Assembly (NCBI GenBank): GCA_951406725.2
Contig: OX597814.1
Coordinates: 166,284,001 to 166,348,000, forward strand
From: Octopus vulgaris
Taxonomy: Eukaryota
Length of the DNA stretch: 64,000 nt
Direction: 5' to 3'
This document shows, piece after piece, positions 13,480 through 27,179 of this stretch. The notes beneath the pieces are model-generated. The model was not told the DNA's origin. It saw only the letters and a program-made list of their open reading frames with translations, and did no database searches. The stretch's first letter is position 1; each line of letters begins with the position of its first letter. A program made the translations under genes and the position numbers.

Positions 13480-14772
13480 CGAGGGGCGTTCAATAAGTAA
13501 TGCCCCTGACCCACTTCCCATAGCAGTAGAGCAACGAAACTTGGCACAGTTATTAGTCTTTTTCTACATAGGAACCACCCAGAGTTACGCATTTCTCCCA
13601 TCGTTTGATGCAGCTCTGGAGACCGTTTTTGTAGAAGACCCCAGCTTGGTCCTCCAACCACGACGTGACTTCAGAAATCAAGGCTGCATCATCTGGGAAA
13701 CGCTTTCCTTTCAAAAACAACTTCATGGCTGGGAAGAGGTGAAAATCAGAGGGTGCAAGGTCAGGAGAGTAGAAGGGATGGGGGAGGAGTTCATAGCCGC
13801 ACGCCTGTGCTTCTGATCTGGCGACACGCAAGTTGTGGACCGGAGCGTTGTCCTGCAAGAGGAGGATGCCTTTGCTGATCTTGCCCCGCCTCTTGATTTT
13901 AATAGCTTCTCTTAATTTCATCAAAAGTGAAGCATAATAGGCTCCTGTAATTGTGGTACCCTTTGCCAGGAAATCTGTCATCACTACTCCGTCCTGGTCC
14001 CAGAAGACTGTGAGCATGACCTTGCCAGCGGAGGGTTGCACCCTTGCCTTCTTTGGAGGAGGTGAGTCACAGTGCTTCCACTGCATTGACTGGGCTTTGG
14101 TCTCTGGATCATAGTGATGGACCCAGGTTTCATCCTGTGTAATCAGTCTTTTGAAAAATTTTGACTCATCTTCTTGGTACATCTCCAAATTCATCCTCGA
14201 GCACTCGACGCGTTCTTGCTTCTGGAAAGGTGTGAGCAACCTGGGAATCCATCTGACAGACACCTTTTGCATATGCAAATGGTCATAAATGATAGTTTCC
14301 ACAGACCCGGTACTAATCTTGACCTCATGGGCTATTTGGCGAATAGTTATGCATCGATCTTCCAAAATGGCAGCCTCAACTTGACGGATAGATGCCTCAT
14401 CAATGGCAAAAGGGGGATGACCAGATCTGGGAGCTGTTTCCACAGAGTTCCGACCATGTTTGAATTCACGATGCCAGCGTTTTACAAGGTCATATGATGG
14501 GGCATCATCACCATAAGTTACTTTCATTTCATCAAAAGTCTCCCGTGGTGTGCGTCCTTTCAAATACAAAAACCGGATCACTGCTCGACACTCAACAGGC
14601 TCCATTTCACACTTGACTCAGTTCAAACACCTGTAAATCAGAAACCACAATTAGTTCAGAGCTGTCATTTTCCACTTAATCTATAGAGATATAAATAATT
14701 GCACATGCAAACTTTCAGCTAGATCAAACAACTGCAAGTGGGTCAGAGGCATTACTTATTGAACGCCCCTTG
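13480..14772 (-). mobile_element. Full-length mariner transposon (1293 bp)
   Basis: 37-bp TIRs (cgaggggcgttcaataagtaatgcccctgacccactt; 2 mismatches between ends); TA duplications at 13478-79 and 14773-74. Confidence 0.95.
13553..14605 (-). CDS. Mariner DD34D transposase, intact 350-aa ORF (resembles the irritans/Himar1 group)
   Basis: Motifs WIPRLL, ITQDETW, SAGKVMLTVFWD, LLQDNAP and HPFYSPDLAPSD; 34 residues between the second and third Asp. Confidence 0.93.
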   Translation of the reverse strand: MEPVECRAVIRFLYLKGRTPRETFDEMKVTYGDDAPSYDLVKRWHREFKHGRNSVETAPRSGHPPFAIDEASIRQVEAAILEDRCITIRQIAHEVKISTGSVETIIYDHLHMQKVSVRWIPRLLTPFQKQERVECSRMNLEMYQEDESKFFKRLITQDETWVHHYDPETKAQSMQWKHCDSPPPKKARVQPSAGKVMLTVFWDQDGVVMTDFLAKGTTITGAYYASLLMKLREAIKIKRRGKISKGILLLQDNAPVHNLRVARSEAQACGYELLPHPFYSPDLAPSDFHLFPAMKLFLKGKRFPDDAALISEVTSWLEDQAGVFYKNGLQSCIKRWEKCVTLGGSYVEKD

Positions 14773-14837
14773 TAGGATAAGGTTCCTAGAGGACAACATC
14801 ATCATCAACACTGATGGACAGTTATAAGCAAAGTAAG

Positions 14838-15074
14838 TATTACTCAATTGGTTAAATGTCTAATTAACTAACTGTTTGTTTGCTTAACTTGAATGAACAG
14901 TAAGACTTTTTTTTTTTTGTCAAAGCTCTTTTGTGGCTGTTTGCAATGGAAAGTTTGCATATAGCCACAAAAGAACTTTGACAAAAAAAAAAAAAAGAAA
15001 AGAAAAACGACTTATTGTTTAACCAAGTTAAACAAATGATCAGTTAGTTGAATATTTAAACAATTGACTAATAA
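14838..15074. repeat. Imperfect foldback or MITE-like inverted repeat
   Basis: Arms include ttgtcaaagctcttttgtggctgtttgcaa / ttgcatatagccacaaaagaactttgacaa and extend about 100 bp each side. Confidence 0.65.
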
Positions 15075-15205
15075 TAAAGGAGTGGAACTGAACCAGTGCA
15101 TGTATTAATAATATTGGCACAATGACTATCCCTAAGCAACAAAATTTCTTTCAATACAGAAATTCACATAAAGAATCTTGTTAGCCAGATACAAAAACAA
15201 TGGTG

Positions 15206-15265
<60 letters not shown>

Positions 15266-15443
15266 CATATATAATATATATAAATTAGAGATTAAATCGA
15301 AAAACAATTCAATTTAAAATATAATATATTTATGATATATTTTATTTTCTCTAATTTATATATATATTATATATTTTTATTGTGAAATTTGATTTAATAC
15401 TAAATTGAATTTTTCCCTGTAAGTTTGGAGTTATACTCCCTAA

Positions 15444-15521
<78 letters not shown>

Positions 15522-15621
15522 TATACATACATATATATATATATATACATACATGCATGCATGCATACATATATACATACATGCATGCATGCATAGATAC
15601 ATACATACATACATACATACA

Positions 15622-15652
<31 letters not shown>

Positions 15653-17228
15653 GGACAAAGATACAAGAAAAAAAAGACATCTATTGACCATTAATAAAGA
15701 GTTCACAAATCCAGTACTCAAGATATGCATTCAGCTTCAAGATACATACCGATGTGTCGGTAACAAAATATGGCTGAAGTTTGGTTCTTGGGGAGAGATC
15801 GTAAATCCTTAATTTATACACTACAAATGATCATGATATCTGGGACAATAAAAATCTGCAAGACCTTCTTAAGATTTAAAGGATGGTGAACAAAACAAGA
15901 TGCTTCCTTTTGCAACCTTGCTACCAAGTAGGTGGTTGGTCATAATTTATTCTAAATTAAAAAGAGAAAGAGAACACACACACACACACATACATACATA
16001 CATACATACACACACACATACACATACATACATGCATACATAGATACATACATACATACAATCATACATACATACATACATACATACATACATACATACA
16101 TACATACATACATACATACATACATACATACATACATACATACATACATACATACATACATACATACATACATACATACATACATACATGAGATAGCTGG
16201 AAGTTTATAGTAATTGTGGCTTATATAATTTTTTTTGAAATTGTAATTTTTCTGAAATGTTTGATTCTTAAGATGGTGTAGCGTCCACATCCATACAGAT
16301 ACAACTTAAGCTGCTGTCTTAGAAAAGAACACTTTTGGAAACTATATTCTTGTCACCACCACTATCATGAAAGTTATAATCTGTTATTTTTATCTTTAAC
16401 TCAGGACAGGAAAACAGTTTAGAAAAGAATTAAATAGAGTTGTCTATAAGAAAATTTTTGTTCATCAAAAAAATAATGAAACTTTCTGCAGTATTTAATC
16501 TTGAGACTTGTTTATTGTTTGGGAAAATGATAAACTTATTGTAAACTGAATTTTTATTTTTAAACTAATAGTAAATGGCATCACTTGTGTAGAGTTTTAT
16601 CCACAGAATTAGAACCTTTGACCTTGATCTTGTAATATTATCAACTCTAAGGCAGTGAGCTAGCAGAATCATTAACACATTGGATAAAATGTTTAAATTA
16701 GCCATATCCAACCTCTCACACCCACCCTACAATGTTAGTCTAAAAAATATACAGTTGCACAATTGAAATCTCAAAAGCTACAAGATAATGCTGGATAAAT
16801 TCAAAGCAATGTGGGTAAATAAGTGTTATATTTGATACGATAATCTGAATGCTAAACGGTTATGAACCTTTCTTCTGGCTCTTTACATTCCATGTTCAAA
16901 TTCCACCAAGGATGACTTTGTCTTTTGTATTTTTGGTACAGTTTGAGGGAAAGTGAGCTGTTATTTTCCAACAGGTCAAGTGACTACATAAAGCTTTCCA
17001 CATGGGCTTGTTTTATTAAGAAACTGTGCAAAGTTAGAAGCATTGCTGCTGCATAGAAACAGTATTAGATTAAGGCCAACTGTTGCCTGAACCACATCAC
17101 AACAGTAGGAAGCCCCATTGACATTTCTATTGTCTACTTGACAAGACATTAAGGCATAAGTGCTGAATGTGAAATAATACACAGAAAATTCAATTTTCTT
17201 TCAAGTTGGGTCTCACAACTATATTAAA

Positions 17229-17589
17229 AACAAGAGCATTCAGAGAGCGCAAACCTCTGCCAAAGCAACACCAATGTCCTCTCAATGATTAACCAGAGAT
17301 TATTTTTACAATGAGAATATCTGAAATAAACCTGACTGCTCTCACAAATGAGAATTACTAAAAATGAACCTAACTGCTCTCAAAGATTAAGTAAAAAAAT
17401 AATCCAGAATCCTTGTCTGGTACCAGATCTATTCCAAAATTTAATCAGTTCATGCCAGTCACGAGGCCAAACATACCTGAAAGTTTCATCCAAATCCATC
17501 CAGCCATTCTTGAGACATCTTGTTCAAGGACTAACAAACAAACACAACTGAAAACAATACCTCTGCCTTCGCTAAGGCAGAGGTAATAA
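17229..17589 (-). mobile_element. Helentron-associated (HINE/DINE-like) non-autonomous element
   Basis: Minus strand begins ttattacctctgccttagcgaaggcagaggt (hairpin) and ends ggcagaggtttgcgctctctgaatgctcttgtt (subterminal repeat plus short hairpin), in a TT context. Confidence 0.55.
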
Positions 17590-18147
17590 GATAAAATCAG
17601 GAATTCAAGGAAATTGCATTTGATAGAAAATAGAGTATAACTATTTGTGAAGGGGACTGAAATATGGAAAACAATACAAGATCCTAATCATTCTTGATCT
17701 GCCTCTTCTCTCCTTCATTTCTTGATGTTCATTAATTTTCTTAACTCACAACTCATTCTTTTCATTTGATCTGGTACTTGCTTCTAATTTTTACCCCCTT
17801 ATTGCTTACTTTTTATTGCTCTATTAATCTCTCCTGCACTGTTCTCCTATTTTACTTTCACTTTAGCAACTGTGCTGGTCGAATACAAATATGTTTTTTT
17901 CCTCTCCAGAGAAGTATATGTATCTGAAAGGTTAGAGATTTCACTCATCATAGCAAACTTTATATTTTTGTATGAACTTTTACATATTAAAAATAATTCG
18001 CATCCCACCCCCCAAACCAAAACAAAACTATATTTGGTTATTTGACTGGAAACTTCTGCTGCATATAGTTGCTTATGGAGTGAGTGAGAGAGAGAGATAG
18101 AGAGAGAGAGAGAAAGAGAGAAAGCGAAAAAGAGAGTGAAAGAGAGA

Positions 18148-18388
18148 TTTCTTTATTTCTTTATTGCCCACGAGGGGCTAAACATAGAGGGGCCAAACAA
18201 GGACAGACAAACAGATTAAGTCGATTACATCGACCCCAGTGCATAACTGGTACTTATTTAATCAACCCCGAAAGGATGAAAGGCAAAGTCGACCTCGGCG
18301 GAATTTGAACTCAGAACGTAGTGGCAGACGAAATACCGCTAAGCATTTTGCCCAGTGTGCTAATGTTTCTGCCAGCTCACCGCCTTTA
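18148..18388 (-). mobile_element. SINE family B. Other copies: 24420-24812(-, partly duplicated), 30595-30800(+), 31097-31320(-), 31425-31520(-)
   Basis: Repeated core gaaaggatgaaaggcaaagtcgacctcggcggaatttgaactcagaacgta containing a B box (GAGTTCAAATTC on the sense strand). Confidence 0.8.
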
Positions 18389-19257
18389 GTGAAAGAGAGA
18401 TTTCTGTGAGATGAAAGAGAGGGAGAGAGCTACTTCATGTTCTTTTAAATGTGCTTTTGCCTTATGTTAAGAGATCATTTACCTGAGTAAAAAGAGGGAA
18501 AGATCGTATAATATTTCCCAATTTCCAAATAACTTATTTATTAGATATTCCAGTAGTTGTGGCTATTACTATTTCATCCTTGTTCTGGGCTACTGTAATT
18601 ATTTAGCACAAAATACCAGTAAGCAATATCAGTAAATTATAACTTATAAATAGGGAAACAGAAAAAAAAAACCCTTTAAACTTTCAATATTTGTTAGTTC
18701 ATTTTTTAAAAAACTGTTGTAATATACTATTTGCACAATGATAAATCTAACACTAAGGGCCCTAAGCATATACTTATTTTGCTTAACAGTTCAACCAGCC
18801 CTAAACAGGATAGATCACTGTCTCTATAGATAACTATTTCACTTCATTTCATCTGTAGTTTCTTTCAGTAGGTATAAGACTTGGTTTATGAATGGGATTG
18901 AATTGCCTCCCATATTTTATTCACATTTTATGACTTCTGTTTGACAAAGGGTTTTAAAGTAAGAAAAGAGGGGTTATAGCCTGGGTGTCATTAAGTATTT
19001 AATTTTGTTGTACTCTACTCTTTACATTATTGAAATTGTTGTTGTCGTCATTGTCATTGTCGATGTTGCCATTGTTCTCCTCCTCATCATCATCATCCCC
19101 CCCCCCAACACCATCAACGTCATTATCAATTACAGTCCATTTTTATCCCTTGTGGTTAATTAAAAGTCAAAGTATTAAGAATGTAATTTTATAAGGATAC
19201 CTTTTCTGATGAAGGGGATGTTGTTCACATGGTTTGTAAGATTTATTCATTTTTCTA

Positions 19258-20322
19258 CGAGGAGAAGCGCCCTGAGAGAAAAGTTGGATTTAAGAAGCAT
19301 CAGATGTGGTGTGCAAGAGAGATGGCTGTGCTGGTATGGTCATGTGTTGCAAATGAATGAGCACAGCTGTGTGAAAAAATGTCACACCCTAGCAGTTGAG
19401 GGAACTTGTGGAAGAGGTAGACCCAGGAAAACCTAGGATGAGGTGGTGAAGCATGACCTTCAAACATTGGGCCTTACCGAGGCAATGACTAGTGACCGAA
19501 ACCTTTGGAGATATGCTGTGCTTGAGAAGACCCAACAAGCTAAGTGAGACCATAGCTTGTGGCCTATGCCAGTGGGTGTAACCAGCCCACTTATGAATAC
19601 CCCTCATTCATTGGATAATAAACTTTGCTTGCAATGACCTATTGAGGCAAGTGAAATCATAATCAAAATCACTGATGTGGCTGATGACAGTACCGCTTGA
19701 TTGGCACTTGTGCCAGTGTAATGTTAAAAGCACATCCAAACATGGGGTGTAACCAGCCCACTTATGAGTATCCCTCATTCATTGGACAATAAACTTTGCT
19801 TGCGAAGACCTATTGAGGCAAGTGAAATCAAATCAAAATCACTGATGTGGCTGATGACAGAACCGCCTGATTGGCACTCGTGCCAGTGGAATGTTAAAAG
19901 CACATCTGAGCATGATTGTTGCCAGGGTCACAGACTGGCTCCTGTGCCGGTGGCATGTAAAAGGCACCATTCGACAGTGATTGTTGCCAACATCGCTTTA
20001 CTGGTACGTGCCGGTGGCAAGTGAAAAACTACATTCAAGCGTGGTCATTGCCAGTGCTGCTGGACTGGCTCCTGTGCAGGTAGCACGTAAAAAACACCTT
20101 TTGAGCATGGTTATTGCCAGAACCGCCTGACTGGCCTTCATGCCAGTGGAATGTAAAAGCACTCACTACACTCTCGGAGTGGTTGGCATTAGGAAGAGCA
20201 TCCAGCTGTAGATACTTTGCCAGATCAGATTGAGCCTGGTGCAACCTTTTGGCTCACCAGTCCTCAATCAAACCGTCCAAACCATGCCAGCATGGAAAGT
20301 GGACATTAAATGACGATGATGA
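19258..20322 (+). mobile_element. 5'-truncated RTE-clade LINE (ORF end plus repetitive 3' UTR)
   Basis: Translates to ERWLCWYGHVLQM...VEGTCGRGRPRKT, the RLRWxGHVxRM / GxRxRGRPRK end of RTE ORFs; (GAT)n tail. Confidence 0.75.
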
Positions 20323-20585
20323 TAAAATGCAGGATGTATGTCTGTCTGTGTGTTTGTCATCTTAAAACTCAAGATTCACCCAACTGATTTTAATGATAAT
20401 AATGATGATGATGATGATAACGATGATAATGATAATAATAAATGATAATGATAATAATAATGATGATAATAATAATAATAATAATAAATAATAAATAATA
20501 ATAATAATAATAATTATAATTATTATTATAATTATAATTATTATTATTATTATCATTATCATTATTATCATTATCATTATTATCA

Positions 20586-20616
<31 letters not shown>

Positions 20617-20638
20617 TATTATTATCATTATTATCATT

Positions 20639-20673
<35 letters not shown>

Positions 20674-20682
20674 CATTATTAT

Positions 20683-20940
20683 CGAGTGAGAGAGCAGTGC
20701 ATGCCATCAAAGTGACACTGGGTTAAAATATACAAAGCCCAACATACACATCATGACTACCCGTCTGATAAGGGTACACCAGGCACATGCATCACAACCA
20801 TATGTGTGCGGCATGGTGATCTCATATCAAGATACACAGCACATGACCTTGTAGGTGGGGCCGTTAGAATTTTCTTCTGGTCGAGTAGCCCATCCCACTC
20901 AAAAGGTCCCTGAATAAGGTTTGTTTAAGGATGCTGAATG
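20683..20940 (-). mobile_element. 3' part of a (TAA)n-tailed non-coding element (longer copy at 27180-27676)
   Basis: Reverse-complement similarity to 27470-27676 and 22195-22427; adjoins the (TTA/TCA)n tract at ~20500-20682. Confidence 0.7.
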
Positions 20941-22427
20941 AACCACTATAAAATAACAATGAACTACTATAAAATAACAACAGTTGGACTAGCAAAATAC
21001 TTAGAAACAAAGAGTGGAAGACTACTGCATGTTGTCAAGCAATGCAAGAAAAAGAAAACACTTTTCTCAATACACAAGTGGGCGACAAAATACAAAAAAG
21101 AAACAAACTACACTGACACATTGATCTCAGATGACAACATAGCAGAAATGGTCAGAGAGACAAAAAACAACCTGAAAACTGAATTACAAAAGATACTGTA
21201 GAAGAAATAAAGAGACACACTACTACATGACCAATACCTTGTAAGGCTAAACAGAGCAGAAGTGAGCCTAAGTAAAAGCCAACAATGGCTCAAAAGCTCT
21301 GGCCTAAAAGCCAAAATGGAAGAACTGATTATCATTGTGCATGACCAATTATAAAAACAGAATAATGAAAACAGGCCTCAATGCCAAATGCGGAATGTGT
21401 AGCTTGTATAATGAGACAGTTGACCACATCGTCTCAGGTTGTCCAGTCCTTGCCAAGTCTGAATATGTATAGAGACATGACAAAGTAAGCAGTTATATCC
21501 ACTGGACAATATGCCAACATTATAACATCAAAACTGACAAGTGGTATAAGCATGTGCCAAGCAAGATGCAAGACAATGACCTAGCCACAATCATCTGGGA
21601 TATGCCAGTTCAAACCAACAAAGAAATAAAAGTTAATCACTCAGACATAATAGTCAAGGGTTGGGTAAAAAACACCTGTTTACTGATAAACATTGCAGCC
21701 CCTTCTGATCAAAATATTGTCAAAAAAGAAGTGGAGAAATTGTCGAAGTACAAAGACCTTGAAATTGAAGTATTCAAAATGTGGGGTATGAAGGTAAATA
21801 CAATACCAATAATAATTGGAGCATTGGGCAAGATAAAAAATAATATGAACAAAATTGTAGAAGTTATACCTGGATCCTCAACACTACACACTATCCAAAA
21901 AACAGCCCTACTAGGAACAGCTCACATCCTATGCAAGACACCTTCAATCCAATAGTACAAACTAAACAAAACAACCCACAAATACATGACACACTCTACA
22001 CATCATTTATCCAGTGAAATAAACTCCCATCAGCAAGGTAGAAAACCAATGTATTACACACTCAACACACAAGGCAAGCAGTAACACAACAAGACAGCAC
22101 TACACCTCAAGGGGAAAAAAAACTAACACAGTACAGTGCTGGGAAGAGTTTGCACACTCCCAACAGCGAAAAAGAATACACAATGTTGCATACATCAGGG
22201 ACCTTTTGAATGAGACAGGCTACTCGATCTGAAGAAAATTCTAACTGGGCCCCACCTGTAAGTTCATGCACTGTTTATCTTGATATGAAATCACCATGTC
22301 TTGCACATATGGTTGCAATGCATGTACCTGGTGTACCCTTATCAGATGGGTAGTCATGATTAGTGTACTGGGCTTTGTATACTTTACTCCAGTGTCACTT
22401 TCATGGCATGCACTGCACTCTCACTCA
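20941..22427 (+). mobile_element. Degenerate 5'-truncated Dong/R4-like LINE, diverged subfamily
   Basis: Broken frames with a CRMC..ETVDHIVSGC zinc knuckle, RHD, IIWD..SDIIV and EKLSKYKDL..IPIIIGALG (restriction-like endonuclease); stop at 21955, then a putative 3' UTR ending in aataataa. Confidence 0.8.
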
Positions 22428-23799
22428 ATAATAAATGTTTTGGGGCATTTTGACCCACCCTGTAAACATTCTTTTATTCTTTTATCCCTTTACTTGTTTC
22501 TGCCATTTGATTACAGCCATTCTACAGCACCACCTTAAAGGGTTTTAGTCAAAGAAATTGACCCCCACAATTTATTCGTTGTAAGTCTAGTACTTATTCT
22601 ATCAGTCTTTTTTGTCGAACTGCTAAGTTACGAGGATATAAACACAGCAGCTTCGGTTGTCAAGCGATGGTGGGGTGACAAACACAGACACACACACACA
22701 AATCATACATACAGGCATATATATATATATATATATATACGATGGGCTTCTTCCAGTTTCCGTCTACCAAATCCACTTACAAGTCTTCGGTTAGCCCAAG
22801 GCTACAGTAGAAGACACTTGTCCAAGGTGCCAAATAGTGGAACTGAATCCCAAACCATGTGGTTGGGAAGCAAGCGATCTTAGGGAATGAAAGCTGTACC
22901 AAACTTGCAACTGGATGCTAATGCATAGTACCAAAGACCTGCCTTATCTGTCAAGACTAAAGACTTAATGCTGTATCAACTCAGAATACAAGGACCCACA
23001 GAATTTCAATAAATTTCGGAGAAACATCAGAAAAATTACAAGTTTTATGTAGTTAGTGTGCTCTAAAATGCACTTGGACAAATTTCATTTGAAATACTAG
23101 ATGAACTCAAAAATATGGTAAGAAATGCAAAAAAAAAAAAAAGAAAAAATTAGAGTCGTGCAAATTTCTCATTCACAAAAATTAAACATGGAGAGAGAGC
23201 CATGAAATGAAATACAAGAAATGATTGATCACATCAACGACAGTGCTCCACCATGGCCACAGACTGGCTGAAATAGGCAAAAGTGTATGAGTATGTGTGT
23301 GTGTGTGTGTGCGTATCTGTGTGTGTGTGTGTGTCTGTCCATCCAACCATCTAACATTAGAAAATGTGTTATGTCTTTATTTGACATAGTCCTCAATATC
23401 GTCAAGGACTATATTATTTTATGGAAGTTGTAAAACTTTCAAAACTTGTGAAAAATTACGAGATTTCTTCCATTTCGACACCAGTTTGTTGAAACTGCGA
23501 TGTTGCACCAACCGTTTCTTTAGTTTTGCAGCTGATGTAACACAACCAATACATCAATCTTTAACCAAGCTCGGTTTGTTTAGATAAAACATGTCAACCA
23601 AAACAGAGACTCATCCAAATACGATGTGAAGAGGGGGAAAACAAAAGATAAAAGTAAAAACGGTTCTACCAAAATTTTCCAAGGTGGTGCCCCAGCATGG
23701 CCGAAGTCTAATGACTGAAACAAGTTAAAGATAAACGGTGAAGATTTCTGCACTTAAGGGTTCAATGATAAGTTTTGTTTAAAGTTTTCGGTTTACTCC

Positions 23800-24294
23800 G
23801 AGACTGCTTTCTATTGCCGCAATATCTGTATATCCTGGAACCTCTGACAATTGTTTGAAAGTTGAAGGATTTATTAATTGATGCAATGCTTTGTCAAAAC
23901 CCAAAGATTTTAGCCGGTGGGTATAAAAAATTCATTGCACATAAAAATACTGTGAAACGGCAGAGCTAACTATTAATCAGAATTTGTCAACAGTAGTGAA
24001 TAAAGTTCAACCAAAAAGAAAAAAAAGTATCGTTGTTATTTACGATCTGTTGCGAAAGTGATTCGGTTTTTGTTTATTAATAAATTAGCACCTTCGCGAT
24101 GTTTCTAATGAAAATGTCGCGTATCATGATAGCAGTAATTACAATAAGGTTTCTGAACTTTTCTGCGATATTTTGAATACACTTTTAGCAAAGTCTCAAG
24201 ATTAAAAGAAGTATTTTCAATACCCAAAATTGTGTCGTTATGAAAGTTGTTTTGCATCAACTGAATAATAAACTTTCGACAATTGGATATCCAT

Positions 24295-24340
<46 letters not shown>

Positions 24341-25320
24341 CGTGTGCGTGTGCGTGTATGTGTTTCCTACTATTAAATGTGATGGAATTTGTGAGCCAAC
24401 AGATAACTGAAATACAAACCTATTTCTTTACTGCCCACAAGGGGCTAAACACAGAGAGGACAAACAAGGACAGACAAATGGCTTAAGTCGATTATATCGA
24501 CCCCAGTGCGTAACTGGTACTTATTTAATCGACTCCGAAAGGATGAAAGACAAAGTCGACCTCGGCGGAATTTGAACTCAGAACGTAGCGGCAGACAAAA
24601 TACCTATTTCTTTACTGCTCACAAGGGGCTAAACACAGAGAGGACAAACGGATTAAGTCAATTATATCGACCCCAGTGCGTAACTGGTACTTAATTTATC
24701 CACCCCGAAAGGATGAAAGGCAAAGTCGACCTCGGCGGAATTTGAACTCAGAACGTAACGGCAGACGAAATACGGCTACGCATTTCGCCCGGCGTGCTAA
24801 CGTTTCTGCCAGCAGTGTAGGATTTATAAAAGCAGGAGTCGAACCAGAATGCTTGATCGCCTTAATTGTAACCAAAGACTAGAAGGTTGAAACTCTGACT
24901 AATAGCACTATTCAATGTGTTGAAAAGCATTTTATCCGAGAATTGTGATGATGCCTCAATAATGTCTGGTGGTAACAGAGGCGTTCAGAAAACAATGCAA
25001 TTTACAAAAAAGGATGAGCGGGGTAGAAATTCTGCATGTATACTATTTCAATCATCAGTTACATTTAGTGATTGTTCACGCGACTGAAGATAATGAAATT
25101 GACTTATTTTTCAGGAACTATAAATAACAACTTCCTACATAAATCAAACTTGTTTACAACACAAAGGTACAAATTTGAAGCGTTTACTGGAATAATTGTT
25201 ACCAGGACATCTAGCAGTTGTCACTACCATTCTTTCCAATCATGAATACATCATGCAAGTGTATGAGGATGAAAGTTCTGGCATAAACATCAAAACTGGT
25301 ATCTTGAAACATTACTAGCC
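23800..25320 (+). mobile_element. Highly decayed hAT transposase relic interrupted by SINE family B
   Basis: Near 24945-25080 translates to CDDASIMSGGNRGVQK and HVYYFNHQLHLVIVH, matching hAT motifs YDGAxxMSG..GVQ and HCxxHxLxL. Boundaries are approximate. Confidence 0.55.
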
Positions 25321-25390
25321 TCTAGTAAAAGCATTAAGATCTTTTCCCTTTGAACGGCTATTCTTCTTGAAGATATTCCTGGTAAATTGC

Positions 25391-25803
25391 GGATCTTTTC
25401 GGTTTGAACGGCAGTTTTTAACATAATTTCTAGGTAACTAAAAATTTTAAAACTTCGTATACTGGTAGAATGTGTTTATAAAACATCTTTTTCTCTTGGC
25501 TTTATTGAGAAAATTCTATAGTTTGTAAGATATTTGTTGTTGTTTTTTTCTTCAATTTCTGCAATTTCAACCAATCACTGACGTCTATTGAGGTAAAATA
25601 CATTCTGTGCCGTATGAATATGTCCCTCGTTTAAGAAACAGATTAGGTTTATTTACATTTGTGAAGAAAAAAAGATACCCTTCTCCCCACCCCTAACCCT
25701 AAAACAGATTGAAATGCAATAGATCGATATTAGGGTCATAATTATGGGTGACAATTTCATATGACACCGCTAGAAAAAACTGCCGTTCAAACCGAAAAGA
25801 TCC
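25391..25803. mobile_element. MITE with 8-bp target duplication and GG termini (Merlin-like), 413 bp
   Basis: Perfect 29-bp TIR ggatcttttcggtttgaacggcagttttt; duplication taaattgc at 25383-90 and 25804-11. A partial relative lies at ~31521-31615. Confidence 0.85.
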
Positions 25804-25834
25804 TAAATTGCTACAACGGTAAGACCGTAATATG

Positions 25835-27077
25835 TCTGAAATGAACTGACCAAAATAGATAGGAAAACAAGAAAAATAATGACAGGATCTAGGATGCATC
25901 ACCCAAAATCTGACATAGAAAGACTATATATACAACGTATAGAAGGTGGTAGAGGCCTTATACAACTGGAAAACTACTATAAAATAACCACCATAGGACT
26001 GCAAAAATATCTACTTCAGAAGGAAGGAAAACTGATACAAATAGCGGCAAAACACGAGTAAAACAAAAAACTGTTCTCAGTATTAAAGGAAGCTGACAAA
26101 TACAAACAAGAAATCATACCACCTAATAAATATGAAAAAGAAGAAGAAGAAGATGAAGAAACAACAAAAGCTATAAAACAAATGAAATCCAAACTAAAAA
26201 TAGAACAGCAACGAACCATGATAAAACGATGGCAAGAAAAGCCCCTTCATGGTAAATACTGGACTAAACTAAACGCAAAAGAAATAGACAAAGAAAAATC
26301 CCAGCAATGGTTGAGAAGCTCAGGACTCAAAGCAGAGACAGAGGGATTTTTAATTGCAGCACAAGACCAAAGCCTCCCCACCAGAAATTACCAAAAACAT
26401 GTAATGAAAAGAAATATTACAAGTAACTGCAGAATATGTGGAGATGGACAAGAAACAATAAATCATATTATCTCTAGCTGCCCAGTCCTGGCTAAGAAGG
26501 AATATATTCACAGACATGACAGAGTTGGAACCTATGCCAATATTATGGAATAACAACAGAAAAAAGATGGTATAGGCACACACCAGAAAAGGTCACAGAA
26601 AACGAGAAAGCAACCATACTCTGGGATATGCCGATACACACAGATAGAGAAATTAAAGCCAACAGACCAGATATAGTTGTCAGAGATCATGAAGAAAAAA
26701 AAAATGCTTTCTAATTGATGTATCAATACCGGCAGATGACAACGCGTCTCTAAAAGAAATGGAGAAACTCTCAAAATACAAAGACCTGGAAATAGATGTA
26801 ACCAGAATGTGGAATCTAAAAACAGAAACAATTCCTATCATAGTAGGTGCATTAGGCATGATAAAAAAATATTCAGACAAATACATAACAAAAACACCAG
26901 GACTTACAAACACATATAACATACAGAAAATTGCACTACTAGGCACTGCACACATCCTACGCAGAACACTTTCCATACAATAACCATCAGAGCATCACAA
27001 CAAACCACAGCACATACCCAAGGCACACAGAGCTGCGCTCGGCAGTGAAGTGAAAGCACGCTATAAAAATAAAACTA

Positions 27078-27080
<3 letters not shown>
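25835..27080 (+). mobile_element. 5'-truncated Dong/R4-like LINE with (TAA)n tail
   Basis: Motifs HHPKSDIERLYIQRIEGGRGL, ETEGFLIAAQDQSL, CRICG..ETINHIISSC..RHD, ANRPDIVV and EKLSKYKDL; tail at 27081-27179. Confidence 0.9.
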
Positions 27081-27135
<55 letters not shown>

Positions 27136-27179
27136 GTAGTAGTAGTAGTAGTAATAATAATAATAATAATAATAATAAA

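Noticed and set aside
12829-13500. 223-aa ORF next to the mariner
   Set aside because: It crosses unrelated repeat fragments and the mariner TIR; no domain similarity.
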